DNA from: a virus
Strand: one strand, 5' to 3'
Virus record (IMG/VR): IMGVR_UViG_3300020401_001763
Span: 4,952 to 68,951 of that record
DNA length: 64,000 nt
The notes below the pieces were generated by a model that was given only the letters and a program-made list of their open reading frames with translations, did no database searches and was not told the origin of the DNA. Of this stretch, positions 45,879-56,318 are shown in pieces. Both the position numbers and the translations under genes were made by a program. Positions within the stretch are counted from its first letter, which is position 1. The number at the start of each line of letters is the position of its first letter.

Positions 45879-47258
45879 ATGACAGCAATTATTACAGATC
45901 CTCTAAAAAGACAATTAACTCAAACTATTTTTAACGAGGTTACAGCTCAAACTGCTAGATACTACATCGGAATTGGTAGGTCGGAAGCGTGGGACAGTGC
46001 GGAGACTGTTCCAACTCCAATAGATAATCCAAGATCTATTAGAAATGCTCGAGCATCTATGCAGTCTATAAAAACAGCAGGAGACGTTACATTTACTATT
46101 CCTAGATATAACTGGTCTTCAGGCGCAATATATAATGGTTATGACGATAATCTTACAGAGATTCCAGCTACAAATCAATATTACGTTCTTACAGAAGATA
46201 ACCAAGTTTATATAGTACTTCAAGGTGGTAAAGATGCTAATGGTAATTCTACTGCTTCTACAGTAAAACCAACTGGAACTTCTGTAAAACCATTTAAAAC
46301 TGCAGATGGTTATGTATGGAAATTTTTATTTGCTCTTAGCGCAACAAGAGCAAGTAAGTTCTTATCAGCAAACTTTGTACCAGTAGAAAAAATATTAGAT
46401 TCTGCCGGTGGTGCAGGATTAAGTTCTTTAGAGGCACAACAGGCATCTGTTCAAGATGCTGCGTCAGCTGGTCAGATTATTGGAATCAACGTAACTGCAG
46501 GAGGAAGTGGCTATACTTCACCTCCAACTGTAACAATTGACGGAGATGGAAAAGCCGCGGCTGCCACAGCAACTGTTTCTGGTGGAGCAGTGGTAAAAAT
46601 TGAATTAGACTCAAGCGCAGACAGTGCTATAACCATGGGACACGGATATAATTTTGCTAGCGTGTCTATAACTGGCGGCGGTGGTGCTGGTGCAGTAGCA
46701 CGAGCAATCATTGGACCAGATAGCGGGATGGGCGCTGACTGTAGAAACGAACTTAAAGCTACTTCTCTTATGTTTAATACAAAACCAGCAGGAACAGAAA
46801 CAGGAGATTTTGTAGTAGGTAATGATTTTAGACAAATCGTACTTATGAGAAATCCAAGAAAAGGAACTGTAGATTCTGACTTTACGGCAGCTACTGGTAG
46901 AGTATTAAAGTTTTTACAAGTAACGAGCAACACAGACGCTGCAAACTTTACTGTTGACACTGAAATAACAGGTGGTTCAACTGGAGCTAAAGCTTATGTT
47001 GATGATATAGACAGTGATAAAGTATACTATCACCAATCAGAAGAGACTGGATTTAAACCTTTTCAAGAAGGCGAAGCTATATCTGGTGGTGGTAACTCGG
47101 CAAACTTAGTAGCAGTTGGTGTAGATGCAGACAGTGATGCATTTACAAGAGATGATGTCTTAAATACTAGTGGAGAGATATTATACATAGAAAATAGAGC
47201 ACCAGTAGTACGAGCGTCTAATCAAACAGAAGATATAAAAATTGTAGTAACACTATAA
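45879..47258 (+). CDS. 8: baseplate wedge gp8-like
   Basis: YIGIGR...W, PRYNWSSG..Y, DGYVWKFL and SGEILYIENR.P..R...QTEDIKIV motifs. Confidence 0.8.
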   Translation: MTAIITDPLKRQLTQTIFNEVTAQTARYYIGIGRSEAWDSAETVPTPIDNPRSIRNARASMQSIKTAGDVTFTIPRYNWSSGAIYNGYDDNLTEIPATNQYYVLTEDNQVYIVLQGGKDANGNSTASTVKPTGTSVKPFKTADGYVWKFLFALSATRASKFLSANFVPVEKILDSAGGAGLSSLEAQQASVQDAASAGQIIGINVTAGGSGYTSPPTVTIDGDGKAAAATATVSGGAVVKIELDSSADSAITMGHGYNFASVSITGGGGAGAVARAIIGPDSGMGADCRNELKATSLMFNTKPAGTETGDFVVGNDFRQIVLMRNPRKGTVDSDFTAATGRVLKFLQVTSNTDAANFTVDTEITGGSTGAKAYVDDIDSDKVYYHQSEETGFKPFQEGEAISGGGNSANLVAVGVDADSDAFTRDDVLNTSGEILYIENRAPVVRASNQTEDIKIVVTL

Positions 47259-47268
47259 GGCGAAAATA

Positions 47269-50200
47269 ATGGCGACAAATCTTACTAATACAACCTTTGC
47301 TACTACCTATAAAGATGATTTTGCGGACAGTGATAACTTTCACAGAATACTTTTTAATTCAGGTAGAGCACTTCAGGCAAGAGAACTAACTCAAAGCCAA
47401 ACTATCATGCAAAGAGAGATGCAGAGGTTTGGTGATAATATATTTAAAGAAGGAGCAGTTGTTCGACCGGGTGGTGCTAATATTAATCAAAAGTTTGAGT
47501 TTGTAAAACTTGACACTTCAATAAATACACTTCCAGCAGACATTAGTACACTAGTAGGTACTTCATTTACAGGTCAAACTTCTGGAGTAATTGCAAAAGT
47601 TCTTGAAGTAGTCGCAGCTTCAGGTAGTGATCCAGCAACGTTATATGTCCAATACACTAATACAAGTTCAGCTCTTGCTGGAACTTCCACTATTAGAATG
47701 ACTAACGGTGAAGATATTAATAATGGTAGTGATACACTTACAGTTCAAACTACTAATACTACTGCTAATCCAGCCACCGGTGTCGGTACGCAAGTAACTC
47801 TACTATCTGGTGTTTACTATGCCAGAGGACATTTTGTATTTACTCAAGATCAATCTAAAATTATATCAAAATACACAGATACTCCAGACGCAAACGTTGG
47901 ATTTAAAGTTGTAGAAGAAATTGTAACCGCTGCAGATAATACGGCTTTGTATGATAATCAAGGTAGTGTTCCAAACTTAGCTGCACCGGGAGCCGACAGA
48001 TACAGAATCAGATTAACTATAGCTCTTGACACAGAAGTAGATTCGGACGAAAATTTTGTAACCGTTGCCGTAGTTAAAAAAGGCGTGATATATAATGCGA
48101 TTAATGCTAATGATGCGTATAACGTGCCGAACGAAGTTGTAGCTAAAAGAATATTTGAAAACTCTGGAGACTATTTTGTAAAACCTTTTACAACTAGATT
48201 CGATTTAGACTCAGACAATACTAAACTTCAGCTAGTCGTAAGTGCTGGTACCGCAGTGGTCGATGGATTCAGAGCTTCTAGAACGTTCCCAACCACGTTA
48301 AGAATTAATAGATCAACTCAAACTACCACGATCAATAACGAAGTAGTTGCAGCTGATTATGGTAACTTCGTAATAGTCAATCCTAACGTAGATTCTGATA
48401 CTCAAGGTGTTCCTAATATAAACGTATTTCAAAAGCTTACACTAAAAAATGATTCAGATTTTCAAGGGACAACGATAGGTACGGCCAGAGTTAAAGCCAT
48501 TGACGAAGACGGTATTAACTTAAAATATAATTTGTTCGACGTAAAGATGAACGCTGGTCAAGCTTTTAGAAACGTAAAAAGTATTGGAACAAGTATAACT
48601 GATTACTTTAATCCTATATTAGAAAATAATAAAGCAGTAATCAAAGAAACTTCTAATAGTAGCAGTTTGTTTCTTCTACCTAGACCAAGACCGAAAGCGC
48701 TTACAGATATATCTTTAACTGTACAAGAAAGATTTGTCGCAGCCACTGATGGTGTCGGCACAGCCTCTATTTCGTTATCCGGAACCGGAGAAACTTTTGC
48801 AAATACCGACGATTGGATCATTGGTTCTGATAGTAATATCATATCACCAAGTACACTATTTGACAATCCATCGGTTGGTGGTGTTGGTACTCAATCGTCA
48901 ACAATAACCGGACTACCGGCAAATAAAACTTTAGAAATTCTTGCTTATGTTAATAAAGCTAATGCTTCAGTTAAAACAAAAACTCTTAGCACTAGATCTA
49001 TTAGTGTAGGTATTCAAACAGATGCTATCACAGGTAAACAGTTCTTGCCGTTAAATAGAGCTGATATATTTTCAGTTAACGAAGTTCTTAAAGATGGTGA
49101 TAGTAATATTAGTTACATAGACAGATTTACTCTTGATAATGGACAAAGAGATAATCACTATGACTTAGGAAGACTCGTACTTAAGGGTGGTCAATCTGCT
49201 CCGGCCGGCAGTGTGTTTATTAATTATCAACACTTCGAACACGGAGTGTCTGGAGACTTTTTTGCGATTAATTCTTACACCGGTCAAGTTAATTATGATC
49301 AGATTCCAAAGCACAGACTTTCTGATGGTAGAACTATTCCATTGAGAGATGTTTTAGACTTCAGACCAGTCATGGATTCTGATGGAGAATTCGCAGGTGG
49401 AATTGCAAGAGCTATCAAGCAACCTAGGACTAACACTTTAATTCAGGCTGACATAGAATACTTCTTAGCCACAGCAGGTAAACTTGTAATTGATAGGAAT
49501 GGTATCATAAGATTTATAAGAGGTAATCCAGCATTTTCACCTGTAACTCCGGACAAGCCAGATGGAACTCTAGGTTTATATGATATTAAACTTAACGCCA
49601 ATACCGGTAACGATTCAGATGTGGCTGTAAGAAAGATAGAGCACAAAAGATTTACTATGAAAGATATTGGATTCTTGGAAAAAAGAATCGATAAATTAGA
49701 AGAAGTAACCTCACTTAGCGCTCTTGAATTAGATACAAAACATTTTCAAGTTCTAGATTCTGCTGGAAATGATAGAACAAAAGGTGGATTCTTTATCGAT
49801 AACTTTACAACGCACTCTCTTTCAGCTATCGATCCTATTGAATATAGAGCGGCATTAGATCCTGTTGAGCATTGTATAAGACCTACATTTACAGAAGAAA
49901 ATATTAGACTTATATATGACTCAGCTCAATCTACAGGCGTTAGAAAGATTGGTGATAACATTTACTTAGAGCATGAAGAAATAGAATACATAAATCAAGA
50001 TTTAGCGAGTAAAGCTATCCAAATTAATCCTTTCTCAGTAGTAGTATATGAAGGAACCACTACACTTTCTCCTGCTTCAGACGAATGGAGAGACGTTAAT
50101 AGATTAGCTGATAAAACTGTCCCAGGTGGAACTAGACTTTCAACTAATCAAGCTTACAATTGGAATAACTGGTCATGGAACTGGGGTGGTATAGCTACAG

Positions 50201-51306
50201 AAAATCTTAAAGTTGGTTCTTCAACAGGAGCCATAGCAGGTACAGTAAACAGAGTTGTCAGTGAAGAAACAGTACTTGAACTTGTAGAAGATAGAGTTAC
50301 TCAAACAGCACTGTTACCGTTTATGAGATCAAGAAAAGTCTTCTTTAAAGTTCAAGGGATGAGACCAAATACTCGAGTGTTCCCTTTCTTTGATGGTACA
50401 CTTATATCTGATTTTACAAGATCAGAAGCTTTTCAGTTTTACTCAGATGCTACAGAAGATTTTGGTAATACTTTAAAAGGAGCAACTACTCATCCTGATG
50501 GATCTTCAACTCTTACCACTAATGGTGATGGCGAAATAACAGGTTCATTTATCGTGCCTAATAACGATAATATCAAGTTCAGAGTAGGACAAGTAGAATT
50601 TAAGATAATGGATATCAGCGCAAACAACGAAGCAGACGCTGCAGCGATAGCAAAAGCTCCATACTCTGCAAAAGGATTCTTAGATACTAAAGAAGCAACT
50701 TATCAATCTACTCGAGTACTTAACGTTCAAGGCGTAAGAATAAGAGATAACGCTAGGTATCAAGTTGATGACGGCGGAGACAATAACCACGGCAAAGGCA
50801 CTGTAATAAGCGATGCTAACTTAGTGACTGGTACTACTAATACATGGTCAAGCGATCCTAATGCTAATACTTATGGAAACTGGGCTAATGAATTTGCGGG
50901 TCTAGGTTCAGATCCATTGGATCCTTTTGGAGGTGCTGGGGCGCAGATCGATACTAATAACAACGACGCGCCTGATAATGGTACACATTGTTGTACAGCC
51001 GCTGAAAAGCGAGGAGATATGTCATTTACTGAAGTCAAAAAGTTAAGAGCTTGGCATAGAAAACAGTCTGTCATCTGGCAAGAAGGTTATGATATTTGGG
51101 GTAAGATAATAGCTGATAACTTAGTAGCAAAGTCACAATGGCAATCTGATAGAGTTAGAGATTTTTATGACAATAAGATCAATGGTAAGTACTCTATAGG
51201 AGCGCTTTACGCAGACATTGTTATTACTCCAATGTCGATGTTAATAGGAACATATCAGGTGATGAAGAAAAAATTTGAATTAAAGGATATAAGAAAATGG
51301 CAGTAA
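47269..51306 (+). CDS. VrlC/DUF4815-like virion structural protein, N-terminal part
   Basis: YKDDF....FHRILF..GRALQARELTQ.Q, APGADR, DFRP, RFTMKDIG.LEKRI..LE and INPF motifs. Confidence 0.8.
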   Translation: MATNLTNTTFATTYKDDFADSDNFHRILFNSGRALQARELTQSQTIMQREMQRFGDNIFKEGAVVRPGGANINQKFEFVKLDTSINTLPADISTLVGTSFTGQTSGVIAKVLEVVAASGSDPATLYVQYTNTSSALAGTSTIRMTNGEDINNGSDTLTVQTTNTTANPATGVGTQVTLLSGVYYARGHFVFTQDQSKIISKYTDTPDANVGFKVVEEIVTAADNTALYDNQGSVPNLAAPGADRYRIRLTIALDTEVDSDENFVTVAVVKKGVIYNAINANDAYNVPNEVVAKRIFENSGDYFVKPFTTRFDLDSDNTKLQLVVSAGTAVVDGFRASRTFPTTLRINRSTQTTTINNEVVAADYGNFVIVNPNVDSDTQGVPNINVFQKLTLKNDSDFQGTTIGTARVKAIDEDGINLKYNLFDVKMNAGQAFRNVKSIGTSITDYFNPILENNKAVIKETSNSSSLFLLPRPRPKALTDISLTVQERFVAATDGVGTASISLSGTGETFANTDDWIIGSDSNIISPSTLFDNPSVGGVGTQSSTITGLPANKTLEILAYVNKANASVKTKTLSTRSISVGIQTDAITGKQFLPLNRADIFSVNEVLKDGDSNISYIDRFTLDNGQRDNHYDLGRLVLKGGQSAPAGSVFINYQHFEHGVSGDFFAINSYTGQVNYDQIPKHRLSDGRTIPLRDVLDFRPVMDSDGEFAGGIARAIKQPRTNTLIQADIEYFLATAGKLVIDRNGIIRFIRGNPAFSPVTPDKPDGTLGLYDIKLNANTGNDSDVAVRKIEHKRFTMKDIGFLEKRIDKLEEVTSLSALELDTKHFQVLDSAGNDRTKGGFFIDNFTTHSLSAIDPIEYRAALDPVEHCIRPTFTEENIRLIYDSAQSTGVRKIGDNIYLEHEEIEYINQDLASKAIQINPFSVVVYEGTTTLSPASDEWRDVNRLADKTVPGGTRLSTNQAYNWNNWSWNWGGIATENLKVGSSTGAIAGTVNRVVSEETVLELVEDRVTQTALLPFMRSRKVFFKVQGMRPNTRVFPFFDGTLISDFTRSEAFQFYSDATEDFGNTLKGATTHPDGSSTLTTNGDGEITGSFIVPNNDNIKFRVGQVEFKIMDISANNEADAAAIAKAPYSAKGFLDTKEATYQSTRVLNVQGVRIRDNARYQVDDGGDNNHGKGTVISDANLVTGTTNTWSSDPNANTYGNWANEFAGLGSDPLDPFGGAGAQIDTNNNDAPDNGTHCCTAAEKRGDMSFTEVKKLRAWHRKQSVIWQEGYDIWGKIIADNLVAKSQWQSDRVRDFYDNKINGKYSIGALYADIVITPMSMLIGTYQVMKKKFELKDIRKWQ

Positions 51307-52877
51307 CCTCTCTAGGCTATCAAGTCAATAAGCAACCAATTGCGCAATCGTTTTACGTAGATGAACCACTTGGAGTCTACTGTACGAAAGTAGATTTATT
51401 CTTCGCTCAAAAAGATGCGGCTCTTCCTGTACAAATTCAAATAAGACCAATGGTTAATGGCTTTCCTTCCGGAAGTGATATTATTCCTGGGTCCACTGTA
51501 GTTTTACCATCTGGCTCAGTTAACGTCGATACAGTTGGTCCAGAGCTTACACCTACTACTTTTACTTTTCAAGAGCCAATATTTTTAAAAGGCACACAAG
51601 ATTATGCTTTAGTTGTAATTGCTGATTCTAAAGATTATCAAATTTATATAGCTGAGATTAATGAATTTACTTTTGGTTCTACTGAAAGAAGAGTAAATAA
51701 ACAACCAACATTAGGAAGTCTGTTTTATTCTCAGAATGGAGTTACATTCACTCCTGCGCAAAACCAAGATCTTTCTTTTAAACTATATCAAGCTAAATTT
51801 ACCAGAACTACTGGTAATATCGTACTTCATAATGCTTCGGTACCTAAGAAAAAACTAGTAAAAAATCCAGTCACTGTGACTTCAGGTAGTCAAGAAGTGA
51901 GAATAAGACATATTGGTCATGGCCTTGTAGTTGGAAATAAAGTAACTATTACTGGCGTAGATTCAGCTGGTGTTGGTGGCATATCAAAATCAAGTATTGA
52001 AGGCGCCAGAAGACCAATTACTAAAGTTGACTTTAGTGGTTACACGTTTAACGCAGATTCTGCTGCAGACTCAGATGCTATCGGAGGTGGTTCAGATATT
52101 TTAATTACAAAGAACATACCTTTCAGCATTTTATATCCACACGCTGCGGTATTGCAACCTAGAGGAACTCATGTTGCAGCTGGTGTTAAAACATCTACCG
52201 GTAAATCTTTTGCTGGATCGGAAACTGCTTTTCAAAAATTATCTGATTTTGAACCTATTAAACTTAATCAAAATAATCAGGCAGATAAAGTTTATGTCGT
52301 AGGTCATGATAGTGCTGAAGCCGAAGAGCTAGGCGCAGGTAATAAGTCTATGGACGTAAAAATTAACATAGCCACTGAAGATTCTAACGTTGCTCCTATG
52401 ATCGACATGCAAAGAATGTCAATGTCATTGATTGATAATATTATCGATAAGCAAGATTCATCAGCAACTAGTGGATTTAACGTGCCAATTTCTTTTGTCA
52501 ATGAAACTTCGGCCACTGGTGGTACTTCGGCGGCAAAACACTTAACTAAAATCGTTACACTAGCAGAAGAAGCAGTTGGACTAAAAATAATAGCCAGTGC
52601 CAATAAACCAAATGGAACAGACTTTCAGCTTTTCTTTAGAACAGCAACTTCTGATGAAATCATAACTGACAATGACTTTACTTTACTCGCGCCAGAAGCT
52701 AATATACCTACAGACGATAACCCAGGAAGATATAGAGAACATAGATTCTTGGCTGGAGGACAAAACGGTGCGTTACCTGGGTTTAGTAAGTTTCAGATCA
52801 AGATCGTCATGAGAAGTACTAACGCGGCCAAAGTGCCAAGGATTAAAGATTTAAGAATTATAGCATTGAGCGTATAA
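51297..52877 (+). CDS. VrlC/DUF4815-like virion structural protein, C-terminal part
   Basis: PIAQSFYV, GSLFYSQNG..T..Q.QDL.F and FQIKIVM......VPRIKDLRIIAL motifs. Confidence 0.8.
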   Translation: MAVTSLGYQVNKQPIAQSFYVDEPLGVYCTKVDLFFAQKDAALPVQIQIRPMVNGFPSGSDIIPGSTVVLPSGSVNVDTVGPELTPTTFTFQEPIFLKGTQDYALVVIADSKDYQIYIAEINEFTFGSTERRVNKQPTLGSLFYSQNGVTFTPAQNQDLSFKLYQAKFTRTTGNIVLHNASVPKKKLVKNPVTVTSGSQEVRIRHIGHGLVVGNKVTITGVDSAGVGGISKSSIEGARRPITKVDFSGYTFNADSAADSDAIGGGSDILITKNIPFSILYPHAAVLQPRGTHVAAGVKTSTGKSFAGSETAFQKLSDFEPIKLNQNNQADKVYVVGHDSAEAEELGAGNKSMDVKINIATEDSNVAPMIDMQRMSMSLIDNIIDKQDSSATSGFNVPISFVNETSATGGTSAAKHLTKIVTLAEEAVGLKIIASANKPNGTDFQLFFRTATSDEIITDNDFTLLAPEANIPTDDNPGRYREHRFLAGGQNGALPGFSKFQIKIVMRSTNAAKVPRIKDLRIIALSV

Positions 52878-52879
52878 TT

Positions 52880-53104
52880 ATGGCAAAAATTAAAGTTGAG
52901 AACCACCCTGGTTATGTTCGTGATACTCTTACAGGTGCTATTTTGAACACTAATGTAGAAGAAATTAGAGCGGCTAAAGCTAGAAAAGCTGCGAAAGAAA
53001 AAGAAAAAGAAGATATAAATAACTTAAAGAATGAAGTAAGTGATATAAAGCTTATGCTAAATACAATTATAGAGAAATTAGATGGCAGCAAGAACAACAG
53101 TTAA
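52880..53104 (+). CDS. small conserved protein following VrlC
   Basis: KVE.HPG.VRD..TGAILN motif and C-terminal coiled coil. Confidence 0.7.
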   Translation: MAKIKVENHPGYVRDTLTGAILNTNVEEIRAAKARKAAKEKEKEDINNLKNEVSDIKLMLNTIIEKLDGSKNNS

Positions 53105-53561
53105 TCTTACCGATCCAGTATCAACCTGGGTTACTAAGACAAATACCATATCCACTGACATAGGTGACAGAACGCAGTTCGACGCGCAGATTGTAGCAGG
53201 TAACGCCGATTCTAACTTAGTCGCGGCTATTAACTTTTCAATCAACAATGCTGGAACCGACTCGGCGGCTGTAATAATTCTCACGAGATCGAGTATATCC
53301 GCTATAGACTCTGGTGGTGATGGAGCTCTATCATACGACTCAGCAACTGGAGTTATAACATATAGGGGACCATCTTCAGCTGAAGTTAGAGCACACTTTC
53401 AAAAAGATAGTGCTAATGGAATTGCATTTGATTCATCAACTGGTAGATTCTCTATAGCACCTAACACTATTACCAGTGCAGACTTTAATAACGCAACAAC
53501 GCTAACTATTAAAGATGTAAATGGTACGACAGTAAAGACGATGTTTTCACCGGGTAGTTAA
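53082..53561 (+). CDS. short tail-fibre-like structural protein
   Basis: W..KTN, LV.AIN and LSYDSATGVITY fibre motifs. Confidence 0.6.
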   Translation: MAARTTVNLTDPVSTWVTKTNTISTDIGDRTQFDAQIVAGNADSNLVAAINFSINNAGTDSAAVIILTRSSISAIDSGGDGALSYDSATGVITYRGPSSAEVRAHFQKDSANGIAFDSSTGRFSIAPNTITSADFNNATTLTIKDVNGTTVKTMFSPGS

Positions 53562-53563
53562 AA

Positions 53564-54541
53564 ATGGCAGGACCACTTAAAATCACAGCAGATAATAATT
53601 TACAAGAAATGACTTCTGGAGAACAGGATTACATAGAACATGTTCTACTAGGAGACTTCGCTTCGGCAGATACTGGAGTTGGAACAGTTTCGGTTAACCC
53701 TGGAAGCACCACAGGACTTACTCTTATTGGAACTTTTACAGACACTAGAAGAACAGAAGCTGTAGGAACACATCCGGCAGCTGGAACTACAACCACTGTT
53801 AACACTTATAATTTTTATCAAGATCGTCAAACAGCCTCTGAAAGTATCTCAAATAGACCAGTTGAGTATGACGGATCTTCTATATCAGAACAAACTGACG
53901 CAACTATAGATCCTCTTTGGATTGACAGTACACAAGACAATTTAGTAGGAGCTGGACTAGGATCTTATGTTTTACAACCAAGCGCTCCTTCAGGTGGAAC
54001 GTGGACAGAAAAAGGAACTCTTACCAATACTATAATAGGTGGATCTAGTAATACTACTAAATTGTGGAGAAAAACAGTTGCAACTAGTGTTCCTACAACA
54101 GTAAGACCTCTTAAGTTAGCTTCTTCAAATGTCATTCAAGAGATGACAGATACAGAAATAAAACAATTCACTCCAAGGTTAAGAAATAAAATTAAAGCTG
54201 GAATAGGTCAGTATCAATTAGCTACTTCTGCTCCAGGGAGTGGTGGTACATGGGCTGCCGCTGGATCAGCTTTTACCGATACTAGAAGGCAAGTGTCGAA
54301 TCAAAGTTATTCTGGTAGTTATACTGGTACTTACTCTCAAAACTTTGCTGGAAGTTACACTGGTTATTACGCAAGATACCAAGCATATACCGGTTCTTAC
54401 TTAGGTAACTTTGCTGGAACTTACACTGGTTATTATACTGGTTATTTCTCTGGAACTTATACGGGTTCTTATACTGGAGCAACGGTGCAAAGTGCTACTG
54501 AAAATGTAGCTACTTTAACACTCTGGGTAAGAACAGCTTAA
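53564..54541 (+). CDS. structural protein with Y/F-x-G-x tetrapeptide repeat
   Basis: YSGSYTGTYSQNFAGSYTGY...YTGSYTG tract; duplicated QEMT/FTDTRR units. Confidence 0.6.
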   Translation: MAGPLKITADNNLQEMTSGEQDYIEHVLLGDFASADTGVGTVSVNPGSTTGLTLIGTFTDTRRTEAVGTHPAAGTTTTVNTYNFYQDRQTASESISNRPVEYDGSSISEQTDATIDPLWIDSTQDNLVGAGLGSYVLQPSAPSGGTWTEKGTLTNTIIGGSSNTTKLWRKTVATSVPTTVRPLKLASSNVIQEMTDTEIKQFTPRLRNKIKAGIGQYQLATSAPGSGGTWAAAGSAFTDTRRQVSNQSYSGSYTGTYSQNFAGSYTGYYARYQAYTGSYLGNFAGTYTGYYTGYFSGTYTGSYTGATVQSATENVATLTLWVRTA

Positions 54542-54575
54542 ATATATAATATTGTTAGATTATTAGGAGATATGA

Positions 54576-55019
54576 ATGGACTACACTCAACTTCCTCGCA
54601 CGATTAAACTTCCATATTGGACAAATGATCAAAAAGATCAAGTTGTATGCCAGTTTCACTATGAAGGTGGACCTATCAGTACTGTCTCTGTTTCAGATAC
54701 TGAAGAAGGTAATCCAGACTGGCATGAAATTATGGAAAAATTTACTATTGAAGAGATTGATAAGAATACCGAAGAACTCTTAGCAATAGAAAGAGAAAAA
54801 GAAAGAAAACAAAAAGAGCTTGCAGAAGATCAAGCTGCTCAAATGAAGTCAGATGTTCTTTACGAAGCAAAACTTGAAGCTTTTGAAATTCCAGAAATTA
54901 AAAATTCAAAGAATAGAAAATTAAAATCTTTGATACGTAAATCTAAAACTCTTGGAGAAATTCAAGCTTACACCGCCGTATTAGTTATGAAAGAGATGGA
55001 AAAGAGTGATGGAAAGTAA
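54576..55019 (+). CDS. hypothetical protein
   Basis: AGGAG SD; KL.AFEIPEIKNSKNR..K..IRKSK motif. Confidence 0.6.
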   Translation: MDYTQLPRTIKLPYWTNDQKDQVVCQFHYEGGPISTVSVSDTEEGNPDWHEIMEKFTIEEIDKNTEELLAIEREKERKQKELAEDQAAQMKSDVLYEAKLEAFEIPEIKNSKNRKLKSLIRKSKTLGEIQAYTAVLVMKEMEKSDGK

Positions 55020-55701
55020 TGGCTTTCTTTACGTAGCATCTCTTAATCCTATCTTCATATCAGCAGCCAGATATTCAGCAATAAGCTTAAAAGATCATTG
55101 GCCAGAAGCACACATCACTCTTTTTACTCATGAAGATTGGATAGAAGAAGATGATAAAAAAATATTTGATAGAATATGTACAGGCACTCCTAGACACGTA
55201 CGTGCAAAATTGTGGGCTTTAGATAAGACACCTTACGAATTAACGTGCTATATAGATTGCGATACACAAGTTCATAACGAAGATATTAAACATATATTTG
55301 AACAACACGACCCTGAAGCCAATATTAGCATGAGCCGCGCGCGAGCGTACGCGGCATCTATTGATGCTAAGTTTCCGGGTGGAGAATTGATAGATCACTG
55401 TGGATTGTTTTTATATGATAATAAGCCAAAGACATTAAATTTTATGAAAGAATGGTGGAATCAGTATAGATTACAAACTACTCCTTCAGAATGGGCTAAG
55501 TTCGATAAAGAATTATATCCAAATTATTTGCAACCATGGGATATGTTTTCTTTTTGGTGGCTGCAAAACAATACTGAACATAAAATAAAAAGATCATACT
55601 TTCCAGATCCTGACGCTAGATGGAATTTTATCTATACATATGATATAAAAGAACTGATGGGAAAATCTTGCGTAATATCACATAGGCCAGTTCCAAGATG
55701 A
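55006..55701 (+). CDS. GT-A glycosyltransferase-like
   Basis: GFLYVA, RAKLWAL..TPY...CYIDCD and RWN motifs. Confidence 0.65.
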   Translation: MMESNGFLYVASLNPIFISAARYSAISLKDHWPEAHITLFTHEDWIEEDDKKIFDRICTGTPRHVRAKLWALDKTPYELTCYIDCDTQVHNEDIKHIFEQHDPEANISMSRARAYAASIDAKFPGGELIDHCGLFLYDNKPKTLNFMKEWWNQYRLQTTPSEWAKFDKELYPNYLQPWDMFSFWWLQNNTEHKIKRSYFPDPDARWNFIYTYDIKELMGKSCVISHRPVPR

Positions 55702-56318
55702 AAAGCATAGAAATAAACAATGACGAGTTAAAACAAGCACTAGATGAAATTGGTGAATGGTTTAATACTTTCGACTTAGAGAATAACATTAAAATTTTTG
55801 GAGAAGAAGACACAAATGAGTATTATACTGAAGATGACTTTTTACAATTGCAACTAAATGATTTAGATCATGATGGTTTTGGAGCTACTATATCTTATGG
55901 AGTAGATCTTAACGCAAATAACATGATTTCAGCAGAAGTTAAGTCTCATGTTACTCGAATAGACGAATTGTTAAAGCCAGTATTATCAGCACCACATTGC
56001 CCAGTAAAAATGTACTATCCAAAAAATGGTTTTATGCATTGGCATAATAATCATAACGCACCAGGGTATAATATTCTGTTAACTTATACAAAAGAAGGAA
56101 AGGGTTTCTTTAGATATAGAGATCCACAAACAAAAACAACCGTGACTATGCACGACTCTCCTGGGTGGACAGCAAAAGTAGGTTACTATGGTTCTAATGA
56201 AGAACCAGATAAAGTTTACTGGCATTGCGCTCGAGCATATGAACCTAGACTTACTCTAGGATATATTATTCCACACGAAGAGATGTGGGAGATGATGTGT
56301 GAAGATATTCAAGAGTAA
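55698..56318 (+). CDS. 2OG-Fe(II) oxygenase-like protein
   Basis: YYP.NGFM.WHNN and WHCA....R.TL motifs. Confidence 0.55.
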   Translation: MKSIEINNDELKQALDEIGEWFNTFDLENNIKIFGEEDTNEYYTEDDFLQLQLNDLDHDGFGATISYGVDLNANNMISAEVKSHVTRIDELLKPVLSAPHCPVKMYYPKNGFMHWHNNHNAPGYNILLTYTKEGKGFFRYRDPQTKTTVTMHDSPGWTAKVGYYGSNEEPDKVYWHCARAYEPRLTLGYIIPHEEMWEMMCEDIQE

